Source: Azolla caroliniana
Lineage: Eukaryota; Plantae; Polypodiophyta
Length of the DNA stretch: 64,000 nucleotides
Direction of reading: 5' to 3'
Assembly (NCBI GenBank): GCA_043228905.1
Contig: JBHGNT010000016.1
Span: 558,001 to 622,000, forward strand
Positions within the stretch are counted from its first letter, which is position 1, and every line of letters starts with the position of its first letter. The position numbers and the translations under genes were made by a program. Below, piece by piece: positions 27,107-41,600 of this stretch. The notes beneath the pieces are model-generated. The model was not told the DNA's origin, did not search any database, and worked only from the letters and a program-made list of their open reading frames with translations.

Positions 27107-28415
27107 TCCTCACCATCATTAAACTTGTCGTTGGACAGAGTTCAGGGTCCGGCTGCAGCATAGCATTTGCCGGATCTGCAAATTGAGAATACTGATCATG
27201 AGTGCTGGAGCTACACAAGAAGAGGGCACTAGGGCTTATAGAACCAACGGCTGCTCCTGTAATATGGCGTTGGTGATCGTTGTGGAAATTTCCACCTGAA
27301 ATTAGACTGTCTGAAGCCTCAAGTGCTGCCGACGCATTTACCCCAAGTGCCGCTGTTGCTACATGAGCTTTCAGATCCGTAACACTGTCAAGCGACCTTC
27401 TGCCTGGGGCAAGCAGCTGAGGATCTGAGGATCTCATACCTTTTCGCATCATCAATTTAATGCTGTCGGTGCCCCTGCTTGATAACTCTGATCTGCTATG
27501 TTTATTATTATTGTTGTTGTTGTTATATTCATGAATCTGAACTTTCTTGAGCCCCAACAGTTCTTTCCACCTGCTAGTGCATGTGGGCGCCTTGGGTGAA
27601 ATAGGATGTTGGGCTAATTCTGTCCTCATTACATCGGCTCCACTGCTACTAGCGGAATAACCCATATAATTGTAACTTACCTGCTCTGGCGCGGTTGTTC
27701 CAGCACTGCCATGGCAAGTGTATAATTGCATCGTCACATCTTCTTCTGAGCAGTAAGCATGTAAACTAGTTTTCATGCTCCAGTTTGCGAGGATGGACTC
27801 CGATGTGATGGAGCGAACTGAATTATTAGTACTGTTCTGCAAATGAGGGCTATCATTACTGTAGAGAGGTCGGAGTTTGCCATCGAAGAAGAGCTCATCA
27901 GCTGCCAACATGCAGGGATATTGCAAATCGTGGACAGCGCTATGCTCTTGGCCTCGGATTACTGTAGTGGACTTGGAGAACTCGAATTCAGTTGGTGATC
28001 CTTTCCAGCTTGAATTAGCGATCGGTGCCAGCTGTCTGGCTGGAGAGCCGATCCCATTAGGACAGCAGCCAGACATCAACTGTATGTCACTCTCTTCGGA
28101 CTTGTCAGATATACTCATACTTTCCGCTGCTGCTGCTGCTGCGCCACCAGCAGTTGTAATAGATCTGGCGAAATCCCTGGAGAAAGAAACCCGGGGAGCA
28201 AGCCATTCGAGAGTACCCCCCCCTGCCTCTGCTTCTGATGATGATGAATTGTTATACGATGAGAAATAGGGATTCGATAAGGCAAAAACTAGGCTCTCGT
28301 CATCATCATGACAATCTTCGTCATTACCATCATCATGGCCTGCACGGCCTGATCCTGGGGCAGGATCCACTGTTGAAAGTTGTGCCATTTTCTGCAGAGA
28401 CGTCCCAATCCGCAT
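26139..28415 (-). CDS. Intronless Ser/Gln/Asn-rich protein, MAKR/BKI1-like superfamily; 758 aa from ATG 28415 or 749 aa from ATG 28388
   Basis: Uninterrupted 2.3-kb ORF with short conserved islands PRVSFSRDF, EFEFS, AADELFFDGKLRPL, SPKAPTCTSRWKELLGLKK and a C-terminal VRVTPV. The listed 28601 start is a TTG, so the first in-frame ATG was used. Family assignment is from motif recall. Confidence 0.8.
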
Positions 28416-29467
28416 CAGGGTTTCCGATGAAGTTAATTCATGGCATTTGAATTGGTAATCGTACGAAATATGAACTCGTGTGCAGCAGAAAACAACAATT
28501 ACCCGTAGTGCCCCGCTACTAAGAAAACCATGTTCTCTGCACGCACTTTCGTAAGTATACAGTATCACTTTAACTCTTGTTGTTAGGACACACTCACTCA
28601 ACTTCCTTACATTCTAGATGTGAAAGCTCAGAATTGCAGGGGAGGGGAGGGGAGAGGAGTTTCCAAATTCAAAGATTGGAGGAGAACCTGGAATAGTTGG
28701 GGCGAGGGGTAAGGTGCATCACAGAAACGCAAAGCAAATAGTTACTGGATTTAATGGAACCAGAAGACTAGAACGGGTCAGGGGATTTATAAATCTGACA
28801 TCCTAAGTAAGTGATCGGCACAACACCCCTTTTTTCTGGCTTAATATGAATGAATGCAGGGCAGGTACGTATATACATACCACGATTTAGAGTGCCGTCG
28901 CTCCGCCTCTTGATGTGGTTGCTGTTGCTGTTGCTGTTGCTGTTGTGTAAGGTGAGTGAGTGCACTGCTGCTGCGAGGAAAGGAGGGAGGGCTAGCGTAT
29001 GTATTAGTGCGATGCAATAAAAGAAAAGGAAAGGAAAAGGAAAGGAAAGGAAAGAAAGAAAGAATGGCAGCGATGCTTACGAAATTACCTTTGGATGTGG
29101 GTCCCAGCCCCACCCCACACGGTACACCCAAGGGCCAATCCTACAACCCACAAAAAGCAAGAAGGAAAAGAAGATAAATCTTTAGTTGAATTGAATTGGT
29201 AAAGAACGATCCCACTATCTATCATGCATTGAGAAAGAAAGGGGAGGGTGGGAAGTTACTCATTCCACAGCGTAAGATTGGGACTGACTCACCCGACTGG
29301 CTGGTGAATAAGAAGTTGAGTTCAACCCCCCCCCCCCCCCCCCCCTTCCCTTTCATAATAATAATAATAATATACATATGTATGTTTCCTCTCTCTAGAG
29401 AGCATTGAAATACCCTATGGGGTATCAAAAGCATAATATTGTGTTTGTATGGCATGGATCGACCAAC

Positions 29468-29705
29468 TCATTAGATAACCATGGACACGTATGAACATGG
29501 CACATGTGCACGTCATGTGCTAGCATGCCATTATGATCCAATCCACCATTTCTGTGTGTGTGTGTTATATGTACTTAATACTCGTGGTCATTAGATAACC
29601 ATGGACACGTATGAACATGGCACATGTGCACGTCATGTGCTAGCATGCCATTATGATCCAATCCACCATTTCTGTGTGTGTGTGTTATATGTACTTAATA
29701 CTCGT
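29468..29705. repeat. Perfect tandem duplication (118 identical bp, 120-bp period) upstream of the minus-strand gene
   Basis: 29468-29585 is identical to 29588-29705. The unit contains CACGT, CACATGTG, CACGTCA and GCATGC motifs. Confidence 0.95.
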
Positions 29706-31131
29706 ACGTAAATAGGCCAATGTGGCCTATGAGAGAGAGAGAGGTCTCCAACTTTACCGAAAAAATAAAGAGAGACCTCAAGCTTCTTAAGAGTGCTTGT
29801 ATAGGAAACCCAACAAATATAGATAGAATAGCAGGCAACTATTCATATGAGGTAACAAGGTCTAGGTAAAAAGACTCGTACATTTACATTGGAATTTGGT
29901 TAAACGACACATTTGCATGGCATGTAAAGCCCTCTCCAAACTTTAATATGTAAAAACTTGATTTGATTTTACACACGAATAAATTCCAATCATCAAACTT
30001 ATATGAAGGATCATAAAAATGGGAAACCATTTTGTATGTGCAAAGGACCAAGATATAACAAATGTTTGAAAACCCGGAACTCTTAAAATAATAGTAAGGT
30101 TTCAAAACTGAAAATTTATTAACGAGGAAGGAGATTCCTATAACATCTTTGGCATAAGGATTAATAATGACCCCCTAGGGATTCCTCATTAGGCAGCATA
30201 GTAAATACTAATGATCTTGATTTTATAACCAGCTCTCCGCACTAACTTTTATGTGTGCGAAACATAATAGGAATTGAAGATTTGGCCAACTGCACAAACT
30301 TGTAAATTCAAATATACCTAGCTTCCACAAATAAATCACTTTCAAAGTCAAAGCATCGATATGAAATATGCTCTATCTATGACCAAGCCATAAACAAATA
30401 ATCTCTACGGTAACTCTGAAGGAGGGTAGACCCCAAAATAGATGCTAATTTCATGCATTGACGAGTTTCTACGCATTGTACAGCCATGACTCATTTGTGC
30501 ACAACGTCATAGATTATAGATATATGGTAATGCAAGGTGGCAAGTATACAAAGGATACCCCATGCACATATGTTCTTGAAGTTCTTCAAGTCATGTTAGC
30601 ATAGACGTTAAATTTGCACTTGATTCTTATATCCTTGTATAAAGTGTAGGGTGGTTATTGCATTCGATCTCTACAAAGCGAATGTGTTCCATGAAAACAA
30701 AAAAGGGGTAAGATGTAGAGTGACACATTAAATGGAAGCCTCAATGTTTATGGTAAAGTTGCTTGTGTCATGTAGACATGGTTCAACATTCATATAAAAA
30801 GGTTTATATAGGTTTGGTGAACATTTATCCAATCACATGGCTACGCTTGTCGCCTACCAACACAAGGGGTTATACATTTATTTCTTTGTTGGGAAGGTGA
30901 GCATCAAACACCCTTGCACTAGTACCCAAACAATTGGTACAAGATTATAGGTGTCATCTTAATTCATTGACCGTTGAAATTTTTTGAAACCTTGTACCAT
31001 TTTATTCTTTATTGTATTATTATCATGTTGGGATAGCCGGGAGTTTTAATTATTTATTTCATGCTAATGACAATTACAACTATCATAAGAAGATGCAAAC
31101 AAGTGCAAAAAGCTTTATTCATCATTATACA

Positions 31132-31485
31132 TTTTAGGTATGCGTGTAACGTGGATGTGGTTACTAGTATGTACATCGAATTTGAGAACAAAACTAGCAT
31201 GCTAATCTTTTTTTCCGAGAATAAGATAAAAGAAATTACCAGAAGAAGCGGAACAAAATTAAAATTTAGGAAAACGTTTGGAAGAAAGCAATTGTGAATA
31301 TGGTGCAATTTAGGTATGCGTGTAACATGGATGTGGTCAATGGTACATGGAACTTGAGAAGAAAGCTAGTATGCTAAATCATTTTCTTTCTAGAATAAGG
31401 TAAAATAAATTTTTAGAAGAAGCAAAACAAATTACAAATTTAGGGGAAGAATTGGAAGAAATCAAGTGTGAGTATGATGCAATTC
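31132..31485. repeat. Diverged ~176-bp tandem duplication
   Basis: TAGGTATGCGTGTAAC at ~31135 and ~31311 with colinear downstream sequence. Confidence 0.75.
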
Positions 31486-31596
31486 ATGTTAAATATAAAA
31501 CAACAAAATTGAGGTACAATAGGAATTTATGGATCAAATGTTTTGAACTAAAATAGAGTATTCCAAACATAAGTTATATGTATGTATTAAACTCCA

Positions 31597-32250
31597 TTAG
31601 ATGGTCATAATGTTGGGAGATTCACTAAACTCCATTAGATGGTCATCACTAAACTTCTTAACCCACGACAACCATTTCAATTCTACATCGTTGATACATA
31701 CCGAGTCGTAAAGATGCATTTTTGGCTTTAGCAATGCACGTTTTAAGGAGCATTGATTTGAAAAACAAAACATTATTTGGGACTCTATCAAATTTAATTA
31801 TTGCAACTCGCTTGCAAGGTTGAACTTAGTTGGAAGCGAAGCAACCAAAAACTCGTTGTAATGGAACAAATTATGTCTTTTTCACATACCTAGATTCATG
31901 TCACAATGACTAGTCATGCAAAGAATATCTACCCAAGAAGGTTGTGTAGCAACAACATAAACAAGGGCAATTAAAAATCCATAAGGTTTCATGGATGAGG
32001 GTTGAACAACGTGAGAAACTATCTTTTCCATACACAAAGAATTTTCACATTCGTTCGTAAAATAGATGGTTTTATTTGTCATTGACAACAAGTTGTTATC
32101 ACTTTATAGTGATGCTTGAGCTCAACTAAAAGACACGAACAACTTTTGTTTCTAGTCGATCTTAATCAAAGGAATTTGGTAGTCCAAAGCATTATTTATG
32201 AATTTAACAATAATCAATTGAAAACAACATACCTTTTGGATTTAAGTAAA
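31597..32250 (-). pseudogene. Possible highly degenerate hAT-type transposase remnant
   Basis: Fragments ...EKIVSHVVQ, WVDILCMTSHCDMNL and CFSNQCSLKRALLKPKMHL...WLSW loosely follow the motif order of plant hAT transposases. Weak similarity only. Confidence 0.3.
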
Positions 32251-32312
32251 TATATGTTGTAATATGTTGCATGAAGGTTACTATATTAGCTTGCAACTTG
32301 CCATCTTATATG

Positions 32313-32596
32313 TGAAGAGAATAGCGCGGAATATTGCTCGGCCACAACCGAGTAATGAATCACTTCAATGAGAATCAAACACAAAAATGGGAAGTAGGGA
32401 GTGAACGCACGTACACACACGAACAATAGAGAGTACACAGGATGTTTACGTGTAAAACCCTAATGGGGAAAAACCACGGGAGCCCACAGGCTCCGAACTA
32501 TCACTATATGTGAAAGGTACAATCAGAGACTCGGAGGCAACGACCTCGAGCTCTATTTCTTCGCCAAGCGGCGGTTACAACAGAAGTTGTTCTATA

Positions 32597-32672
<76 letters not shown>

Positions 32673-35600
32673 GACAATAGTTATACACACAACAATATGA
32701 CAAAGTTCTCCTCAATGTATAGAGTGATTGCCCTAAGTCATATTTATAAAATTATACTTATATGATCTTAGGGCTATTTACAAATATAGCCTCAATAGGC
32801 TTACTCAAAATATATTTACAAATATGTCTTTTCTTCCGGTTCTCACTAGGTCCATCTGATCCGGTTTCCGGATCTCTTCTGGTTTTCAGCGGGTCCTCTT
32901 CATCCATAACCGGATCCCATCCGGAGGGATCGATTTCCCAACAATCTCCCCCTTCACTCCGGCATGGGATGTCTCACCAGCCCGATCCGCTTTCGGCACG
33001 TGTCCAGCTTGTCGGTTATCAACACCTTGGTCAACATATCCAACCCGTTCTCCTCCGTGTGGATCATGGCAGCATGAACTCTTGATCTTCTACTCTCTCC
33101 CGGATCCAGTGGTACCTCCGTTGGATATGTTTCGTTCGGGAATGGTAGGCCGCGTTCTTTGCAAGGTGGATGGCACTTTGACTGTCGCAGTAGAGTTGGT
33201 ATTCCTCCTGTTGGATCCCTAGCTCTCTGATGAAGTCCTTCATCCAGATTATCTCCTTGTCGGCTTCCACAACTACCATGTACTCCGCCTCTGTGGTTGA
33301 CAACGCGACTGTCTTCTGCAGCCTCGACTTCCACGAAACAACTCCCCCTGCATAAGTCATGACATATCCGGATGTAGACCGGCTGGTATTTGCATCAACT
33401 GACATATCCGAATCTGTGAAACCATTGAGTTGGGGTTTTCCGGAGCCAAACCAGAGGCACATACTCGAGGTGCCTTTTAGATACCGGAGTATCCACTTGA
33501 CCATGTTCTAGTGCTTTCTTCCGGGATTGCTCATGAAACGACTCACCACTCCGATTGCATATCAAGCTTTCGACGGGTACATACCATCGCGTACATCAAG
33601 CTTCTAACGGCAGAGGCATATGGTATCTTCATCATATCCGTCTTCTCTGCCTTTGTCCTTGGACTTTGTTTTTCGGATAGCTTGCAGTTTTCCGGAAGTG
33701 TCGATCCGACCGGTTTCGCCTCCGACATGTTGAACCGTTGAAGCACCTTTGTCACGTGCTTCTCCTATGACAACCACAACAGCTTCTTCGACTGGTCCCG
33801 GATGATGTGCATTCCCAATATCTGTCTTGCTGGACCCAAGTCTTTCATTAAGAAGGTCCGGTTAAGAGCCTTCTTCAACATCCAGATCTTTCCTTGGTCT
33901 CGTCCGACGATCAACATATCATCCACATATAGGAGAAGTATGAGGAAATCTCCTCCGTCAAATTTCTTCACAAACACGTAGTGATCGGCCTGCGTCTTGT
34001 GGTACCCTTAGTCGGTCATAAAGGAGTCGAACTTCCGGTACCATTGCCGGGGAGCTTGCTTCAGTTTGTATAAGCTCTTCTTCAGCCGACACACCAGGTG
34101 CTCCTTCCCTTTCTTCTCAAATCCTTCTGGTTGCTGAATGTAGATCTCCTCTTTGAGGTCACCATGGAAGAACGCCGTCTTGACGTCTAGTTGCTCTACC
34201 TCCAGGTCCATGCTTGCCGCTATGCTCAACACCGTCCGGATGGAAGTCATCTTAATTACCGGGTCAAAGATCTCATCGAAGTTCACTCCTTTCTTCTGTT
34301 GGAAACCCTTCACCACGATCCGAGCTTTGTACCTTGGTGGATTTCCGGCGTCTCCCGGTTTCAGCTTGTACACCAACTTGTTCTGGAGTGCTCTCTTGTC
34401 TTTTCGCAACTCCGTCAGTTCATACGTGTGGTTCTCATGCAAGGAATCCATCTCATCCTGCATGGCACTCAACCGCTTGCGACTGTGGGTGTCTCTCTTT
34501 GCTTCTTCGAAGCTTTCCGGCTCCCCCTCATTGGTTAGCAACACATGCTCTACATCCGGAAATCTTTGGGGGACTCTTCTCTCTCGGAGAGGATATCTCC
34601 GTCCTTGGTTTCTGACTATCGGTTCCTCCGTTTGTTTCGAGTCCGAGTCCGATTCGGGATCTTGTCCGATTCCGGTGTCTTCTTCTTCGGTCGGTTCGGT
34701 TCCTTGTCCGTATCCGGCCGGTTCGTCGAGTGTCATCCGGTTATCGGCTAACATCCGGTTTTCAACCGGGTAAGTCCTTGTGTCCTCAAGCTGGTTTTCA
34801 TTGGATGATCCGGAGTTCATCACCTTCTTCTCCGACACCTAGTCGGCAATGGTCCTATCTTCCATGAAGACTATGTCCCGACTCCAGAACACCTTCTTGT
34901 CGACCAAATCCCATACCCGGTAACTGAGCTCATCATCATCGTATCTAAGGAATATGCATGGTCGGGACTTCGGATCCAGCTTTGCTCTCTTGTCCTTTGC
35001 CACATGCACGTAAGCGAGACACCCAAACACCTTCAGATGCCGGTAAAATACATCTTTACCGGTCCATACTTTCTGCAGTGAGTCTCCTTCCAAGGGTGTT
35101 GAGGGTGATCTGTTTATCACATAGGTCGTCGTCATCAACGCCTTAGCCGGAAATGTCTTGGGTAACTTTGCATGTGCCAGCATGCTCCGGACTCTCTCCA
35201 TCACGGTCTGGTTCATCCGTTCGGCCAACCTGTTTAGTTTCGGCGTCTTCGGCACGGTAAATTTGAGCTGGATTCAATTCGATCGGTAGTACTCCTCGAA
35301 CTGCCCCCGGTATTCTCCTCCGTTATCTGCTCGAACAGGCTTCAGCTTCTGGCCGGTTTCTCTTTCCACTCTTGCGTGGAGCTCCTTGAAGACGGATAAC
35401 ACTTGATCCTTCGTCTTCAGTGGTGAGACCCACAACTTTCGGCTGTGGTCATCTATGAATGTTACGAAGTACTGCACTCCGGCATGTGACTTCGTGTCCC
35501 CTTGACACACATCAGTATGCACCAGCTCCAATGGCGCATTCCGTGTCATCGGTGATCTTGACTGGAAGGAGGTTCGGTTTTTCTTGCCGGCAAAGCAATC

Positions 35601-38600
35601 GGTGCACTTCTCAAGGAGCACGTCTTTCACCTCTGGAATGAGGTTGTCTTCGGCATCTTCTCATCCCCTTCTGGCTCATGTGACACAGTCTCTTGTGCCA
35701 CAACTCACCTGCAGTATCGGATGCTACGTTCACTTCTTCCTGGCATATCTAGGCATTCATCAAGTACAATGTGTTGACCTTCCAGGCTTGAGCCACTATT
35801 AGGCTCCCTTTGCAGAACTTCATGACTCCGTTCCGGATGCTACCCGTGTAGCCTTCATCATCTAGCCGACCGACAGATATAAGGTTCAGTCGAACCTCCG
35901 GAACATGTCGAACATCCTTCAACAACAACTTGCATCCGGTTGATGTCGTCAACAACACATCTCCTATGTCGATAATTCGGCATGTACCTTCATTCCCCAT
36001 CCAGACACAACCATGATCATCGGTTGTGTAGGATGAGAAGCATTTCCAATACGGTGTCAGGTGGAATGACGCTCCGGAATCGACAACCCATGTTGTCTTG
36101 TCGCCGACAAGGTTTAACTCATTCTCCTCGGTAATGAGCATCAGTTCCTCTTCACTTGTCGCGATTGCCGACATTCCTTTCTGTAAAGAATCGATGGTGA
36201 TTCTTATGTAGCGGAATAGATATGTGTGTGTCTGTGTGTCTGTGAGAGAGAAAAATAGAGGAGAGAAGAGAACACAAGATGGATAAGCAAGAGAACTAAA
36301 ATACTCAAGAGGTGTATATATCACAATTAGAATGGAGATACAAAATTCTAGCATTATAAGGAGTCACAACCGACTTAGTATGAAGTGTGAGGAGGGTGCT
36401 TTATATATAGTCACCCTCTCTCTTCATTAACTAACTACAACAACCACTCTCTCTCTGGGGGAATGTAAAGACTCATAGTCATGGGGAATATGTAACGCAT
36501 TAGTTATGTGTCATAGAATATGATTCTATGACACATAGTTAATGTGTAGAGAGTAGTGGTGTGGCTCTTGACCTTTGAGTAATCATAGATTCTCAAAAGG
36601 CGTGTTCACACGTTGTGCTATGTTGAGCTTGATTCTCAACACGCCCCCTCAAGCTCAGCTCGGGTCGGTTCCTTTTTATTGATGTCCGCTTCGGCTGGTA
36701 TCCGGTTTGGACGATCTCCGGTGTCCGCTTCGGCTCATACCCGGTTCGGACAGTATCCGGTTCTCGCTTGTACTCCCCCTCAAGCTTGGCAAATCAGGGA
36801 TCGTCAATCCGAGGTCTGATATGAATTGCCGAAGCTTGTCGGCTCCTAGGGCCTTGGTGAAGATGTCAGCTGTCTAAATATTCATGTTGATGTGTAGAAG
36901 ATCGACATCTCCGGCCTGTGCGCGCTCTCGAATGAAGTGATAGTGCACTTCGATGTGCTTTGTGTGTGCTTGGAACACCGGGTTCCGAGCCAGATATATA
37001 CTGCTCATGTTGTCATGTTGATGGGGACGCCCAGATCCCTCAAAATTCTCTTGAGCCATATGGCTTCACATGCAGCTACGACTGCGCCCTTGTATTCGGC
37101 CTCCGTACTTGAAAGTTCGACGCTAGGCTGCTTCTTACTACTCCAAGGTAGTGCTCCGCTACCATGTGAGAAGACAAATCCGGAGGTCGATCGTCGATCG
37201 GCTTTGTAGCCGGCCCAATCTGCATCTGTGTACCCTTCGAGTCGAATAGGTGTGGCCGATGTGTAAAGGATGTCGTAATCCATTGTTCCGCTCACGTATC
37301 GTAACACTCGCTTAGCGCAATCGAAATGGATATTTCGCGGAGTTTGCATGAATTGGCTAAGGAGGCTAACCGGATAGCTAAGGTCAGGTCGAGTGATTGT
37401 GAGGTAGATCAGACTCCCGATTAGTTGACGATATTGAGTTGGCTCGCATTCATCTGTGCTGGAGTCAACATCTAGTTTGAGGTTTCGATCGAGAGGGGTT
37501 GCCATGTATTTACACTGAGTCATCCCAAACTTGTATAACAAGTTGAGGATGTAGTGCCGTTGGGAGATCATAATGCCGGTCGGAGTTCGAATTACCTCGA
37601 TGCCTAGGAAGTAATGAAGCTCCTTCATGTCTGTCATCTTGAATTTTTTGGAGAGGAGGGACTTCACCTTGTTGATGTCAAACAAATGCTCACCTCCAAT
37701 AACCAGATCATCCACGTAGAGGATGATGACAATTAGGCTTCTAGAGTCGTGTCATACGTAGAGGGAGTTGTCAGATTTCGACATTCGAAAGCCGATTTGA
37801 TGAAGATATTGCGTAATCTTCGAATTCCAAGCACGCGGTGCTTGCTTGAGGCCTTAGAGTGGCTTCTTGAGTCGGCACACGACTTTCGGATGAATACGCG
37901 ATTCGAAGTCGGGTGGTTGTACCATGTACAGCTCCTCTTTTAATTCGCCTTGAAGAAAGGTGTTCTTTACGTCCATTTGATGGAGGTGCCACCCTTTTGC
38001 TGCCGCAAGTGCAATCACGGTCCACACAGTCGTCATCTTTGCCACCGGGGCAAATGTCTGTACGTAGTCGACTCCATGCGTCTGTGCGTATCCTTTCGCT
38101 ACGAGTCGAGCTTTGTAGCGGTTGACGGAGCCGTCGACATTATACTTCACCTTATAAATCCATCTGTAGCCAATTGCCTTCTTTTGCGGTGTGTGGGGAA
38201 CGAGATCCCATGTCTCATTCTTGTGTAGTACACGCATCTCCTCGTTCATTGCTTCAATCCATCGCGGGTCCTTAGCGGCTTCGAAAAATGTTTCCGGCTC
38301 CCATACTGTCGCTACCTTCATCATAAAGGCGTAATGGTACGCCATATGATCGTTTTAGCCGAATCGGCTTACAAGGTTCTTTTCACGGGTGGATCGGCGG
38401 AGCTTCTCGTTTGCGAATACTACAACTTTTTCCGCTCCATTTGTCCGGATGTCAAGGCCTTCAAACTCACTATCGAGGGAGGGAGTCGATTCGTTGTCGT
38501 CGAAGTGATCGTCTTCATACTCCGGCATTTTCGCCTTGCCTTTGTCCAGCTTTGAACTCAGCCGAGATGTGCTTTGATCGCTCGGAGGCTCTTGTGGCCC

Positions 38601-41600
38601 ACTAAGCCTTGTCGTAAGTGGGCTTTCTTCAAACATGTGCATAAGGCGATCTTCATCTTCTATCTCTTGTTCGGCGGATTCCGGGTCTAGCAGAATCGGA
38701 GTTGAAGTTGTCTCTGGTGCATACCAAGATGCAGACTCGTCGAAAACGACGTCTCGACTTACTCGAGATTTTCGAGTAGAGGGGTTATAGCACTTGTACC
38801 CCTTTTGCTCCAGTGAGTATCCTATGAGAATACATTTCTCTGACTTCGGGTCGAGCTTTTGTCGCTTTTTGTCGGGGATGGGCACATACGCAATGGAGCC
38901 GAATATCCGAACATGTGATAGGTCCGACTTCTTTCCGAAAAAGTTCTCGTGCAGCATGAGTTTATGCACGTCAGATGTCGTACATCGATTCATGAGATAG
39001 TCGGCCGTGTTAGCTGCTTACGCCCAATACGATTTCGGCATGTGCTTTTTGTTAAGCATAGCCCGTGCCACATCGAGGATGCGCCGATTCTTGCGTTCAG
39101 CTACTCCGTTCTGTTGTGGTGTATGTCGACACAAAAATTCTCGTCGAATCCCTTCTTTTCGAAGATACGCAGTGAACTCATTCGAGAAATATTCTTTGCC
39201 TCTATCCGATTGAAGGCATTGTACGGGTCGACTCGTAGCTTTTTCGACTCCACTCTTGAATTTTTGGAAGTGTCCGAACACTTCGCTCTTTTGTCAGATT
39301 GGGTAGATCCAAGTGTGCCTAGAGAAGTCGTTGATAAAGGTCACGTAGTATCGGCATCCGCCGAATGTTGCCGTTTGAGCCGGTCCCCATACATCGGAAT
39401 GAATTACGTCGAGTACGCCTTTGCTTACATTCCCCTCCTTCGGAAATGGATGCCGATGTTGCTTGCCGAATTAGCAAGCCACACATACGCCTTCAATCTC
39501 TTTCTCTTTAAAGGTCGGGAGTCCGATGACGACTCCTTTCGATTGCATCGCCTTTAGCTTTTGAAGTTTGATATGGCCAATTCACTTGTGCCATAACTCT
39601 ATGTCGGACTCGACTTTCGTGCCTTTTGCGAACATGGCCAATTTCATCTCGTGCGAGTCGAGAATGAACATTCGGCTCTCTCTTTGTCTGCGCGCGATGA
39701 GTCGGCCCTCTTTTTTGATGAAGCAACCGCCTTGATTAAATCAAACTTGCATTCCTTGCTCTACAATTTGGCCGACAGAGACCAAATTCTTCGTGATAGT
39801 TGGAACATGCATCCGGAATGGTGGCTCCCCCTTCTTCCAAAGGTTCCTCGATGGCCTCCATCTTGTTGCAGTAATTGAGAGTTGTTTTCGTAACTCAGGC
39901 CTTGTACGCCTCGTCCTTGGCTGAATCGTCCTCTTCTTGCACGTACGCGTCCTCTTCCTTCGTCTGAATGCATGTAGAGCATGTGGCCTTCCGAGGCGTT
40001 GCTCCTTGTTCGAACATGATTTTCTTCCACAAACAACATGGATTGAAGATCAAAGAAGGAGGAAAGATTCTCTCGTGCTAGTACAGTGGTCCGCATCGCG
40101 CCGAACCGTGGTGCAAGGTTGCTAAGGCATATTTGCACCATTTTTTCATCCTCCACATTGACGCTTATCGAGCCAAGAGAATCACAAAGCTCCTTGATCT
40201 TCAAGGTGTACCTTGTGATGGACATATCCCTTTGTTGGATGTTGTTCAACTCTTGGTGGACTTGAAGCTTTCTCGCGGTCGTGTTGGCGGCAAAAATCTT
40301 TCATAGATTCTCCCACACTTCCTTCGGCGTCTCGGCTTCTCGAATGTACCCAAGCATGTGGTCGTGAACACATTTCGCCAAGCAATACATCACTCGGCTT
40401 GCCGCTTGCTCCCACGTTGCATAGTAGGCGGCTTTCTGGTCGGGTCGGTTTTCTTGTGCTCCCTTGATGTAACCCCAATAGCCTTGGCCGACAAGGTATT
40501 GGTGCATCTTGTACTCCCAAGATGGAAGTTGTTTCGGTCCAACTTCTTGCTAGGGAGAGCGCTCCCCATTTGAGTATTCATTCTCGATTAAACTTCCTTT
40601 CTTCTTTTCCTTCTCTCTTGAACACGAGCTATGTAGTGGTACTACGATAGTGATGAGCCGGTTCTTCTTGAACGTCGGCGCACAACACACGATCATGAAG
40701 AGGCGAGTGGGCTAGATCGAGCTACCAAATCGCTCTAATACCATGTAAAGAATCGATGGTGATTCTTGTACAGCGGAATAGATATGTGTGTGTGAGAGAG
40801 AGAGAGAGAGAGAAATTAGAGGAGAGAAGAGAACACAAGATGGATAAGCAATAGAAATAAAATACTCAAGAAGAAGGTGTATATATCACAAGTAGAATGG
40901 AGATACAAAATTGTAGCATTATAAGGAGTCACAACCGACTTAGTATGAAGTGTGAGGAGGGTGCTTTATATATAGTCACCCTCTCTCTTCATTAACTAAC
41001 TACAACAACCACTCTCTCTCTGGGGGAATGTAAAGACTCATAGTCATGGGGAATATGTAACGCATTAGTTATGTGTCATAGAATATGATTCTATGACACA
41101 TAGTTAATGTGTAGAGAGTAGTGGTGTGACTCTTGACCTTTGAGTAATCATAGATTCTCAAAAGTTGTGTTCACATGTTGTGCTATGTTGAGCTAATTCT
41201 CAACACTTTCCAATATGGGCCTCTCTGATCTGAATCTTTTCGACCCGAACTCTTCTTCAAATAAGCAATGCCGGTTTCTTTCTCTTTCCGAAAATGCCGA
41301 CAGTTCTTCTGGAAATGCCTCGGCTTCCCACAGTAGAAGCAAGTAGGCCTCCCGCTTGACGTCGACCTCATCCCCGATTTGTCCCGGTTTTGGGGACTCT
41401 GATACTGGCCTCTTCCCCGATTGTGTTCATTTTCCGTGACCAAAGCCTTCAGATCGGTTCCAGACTCCTGGTGCTTCCTGCGAGCTTCTTCATCTAGCAA
41501 GCTTGACTTTACCCTTGCTAGGGACAACTATTTTCCTTCCGGCCCAGCGTTGCCCAACGTGACAACTAACGTTTCCCAGCTGTCCGGGAGGGAACCGAGT

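Noticed and set aside
28416-28601. N-terminal extension of the listed 820-aa ORF
   Set aside because: Non-ATG start with no conserved motif, so probably 5'UTR or intron.
29326-29345. 20-nt poly-C run
   Set aside because: A simple homopolymer whose length is unreliable and which has no supporting structure.
30400-31000. Possible decayed coding sequence
   Set aside because: No motif could be assigned with confidence by eye.
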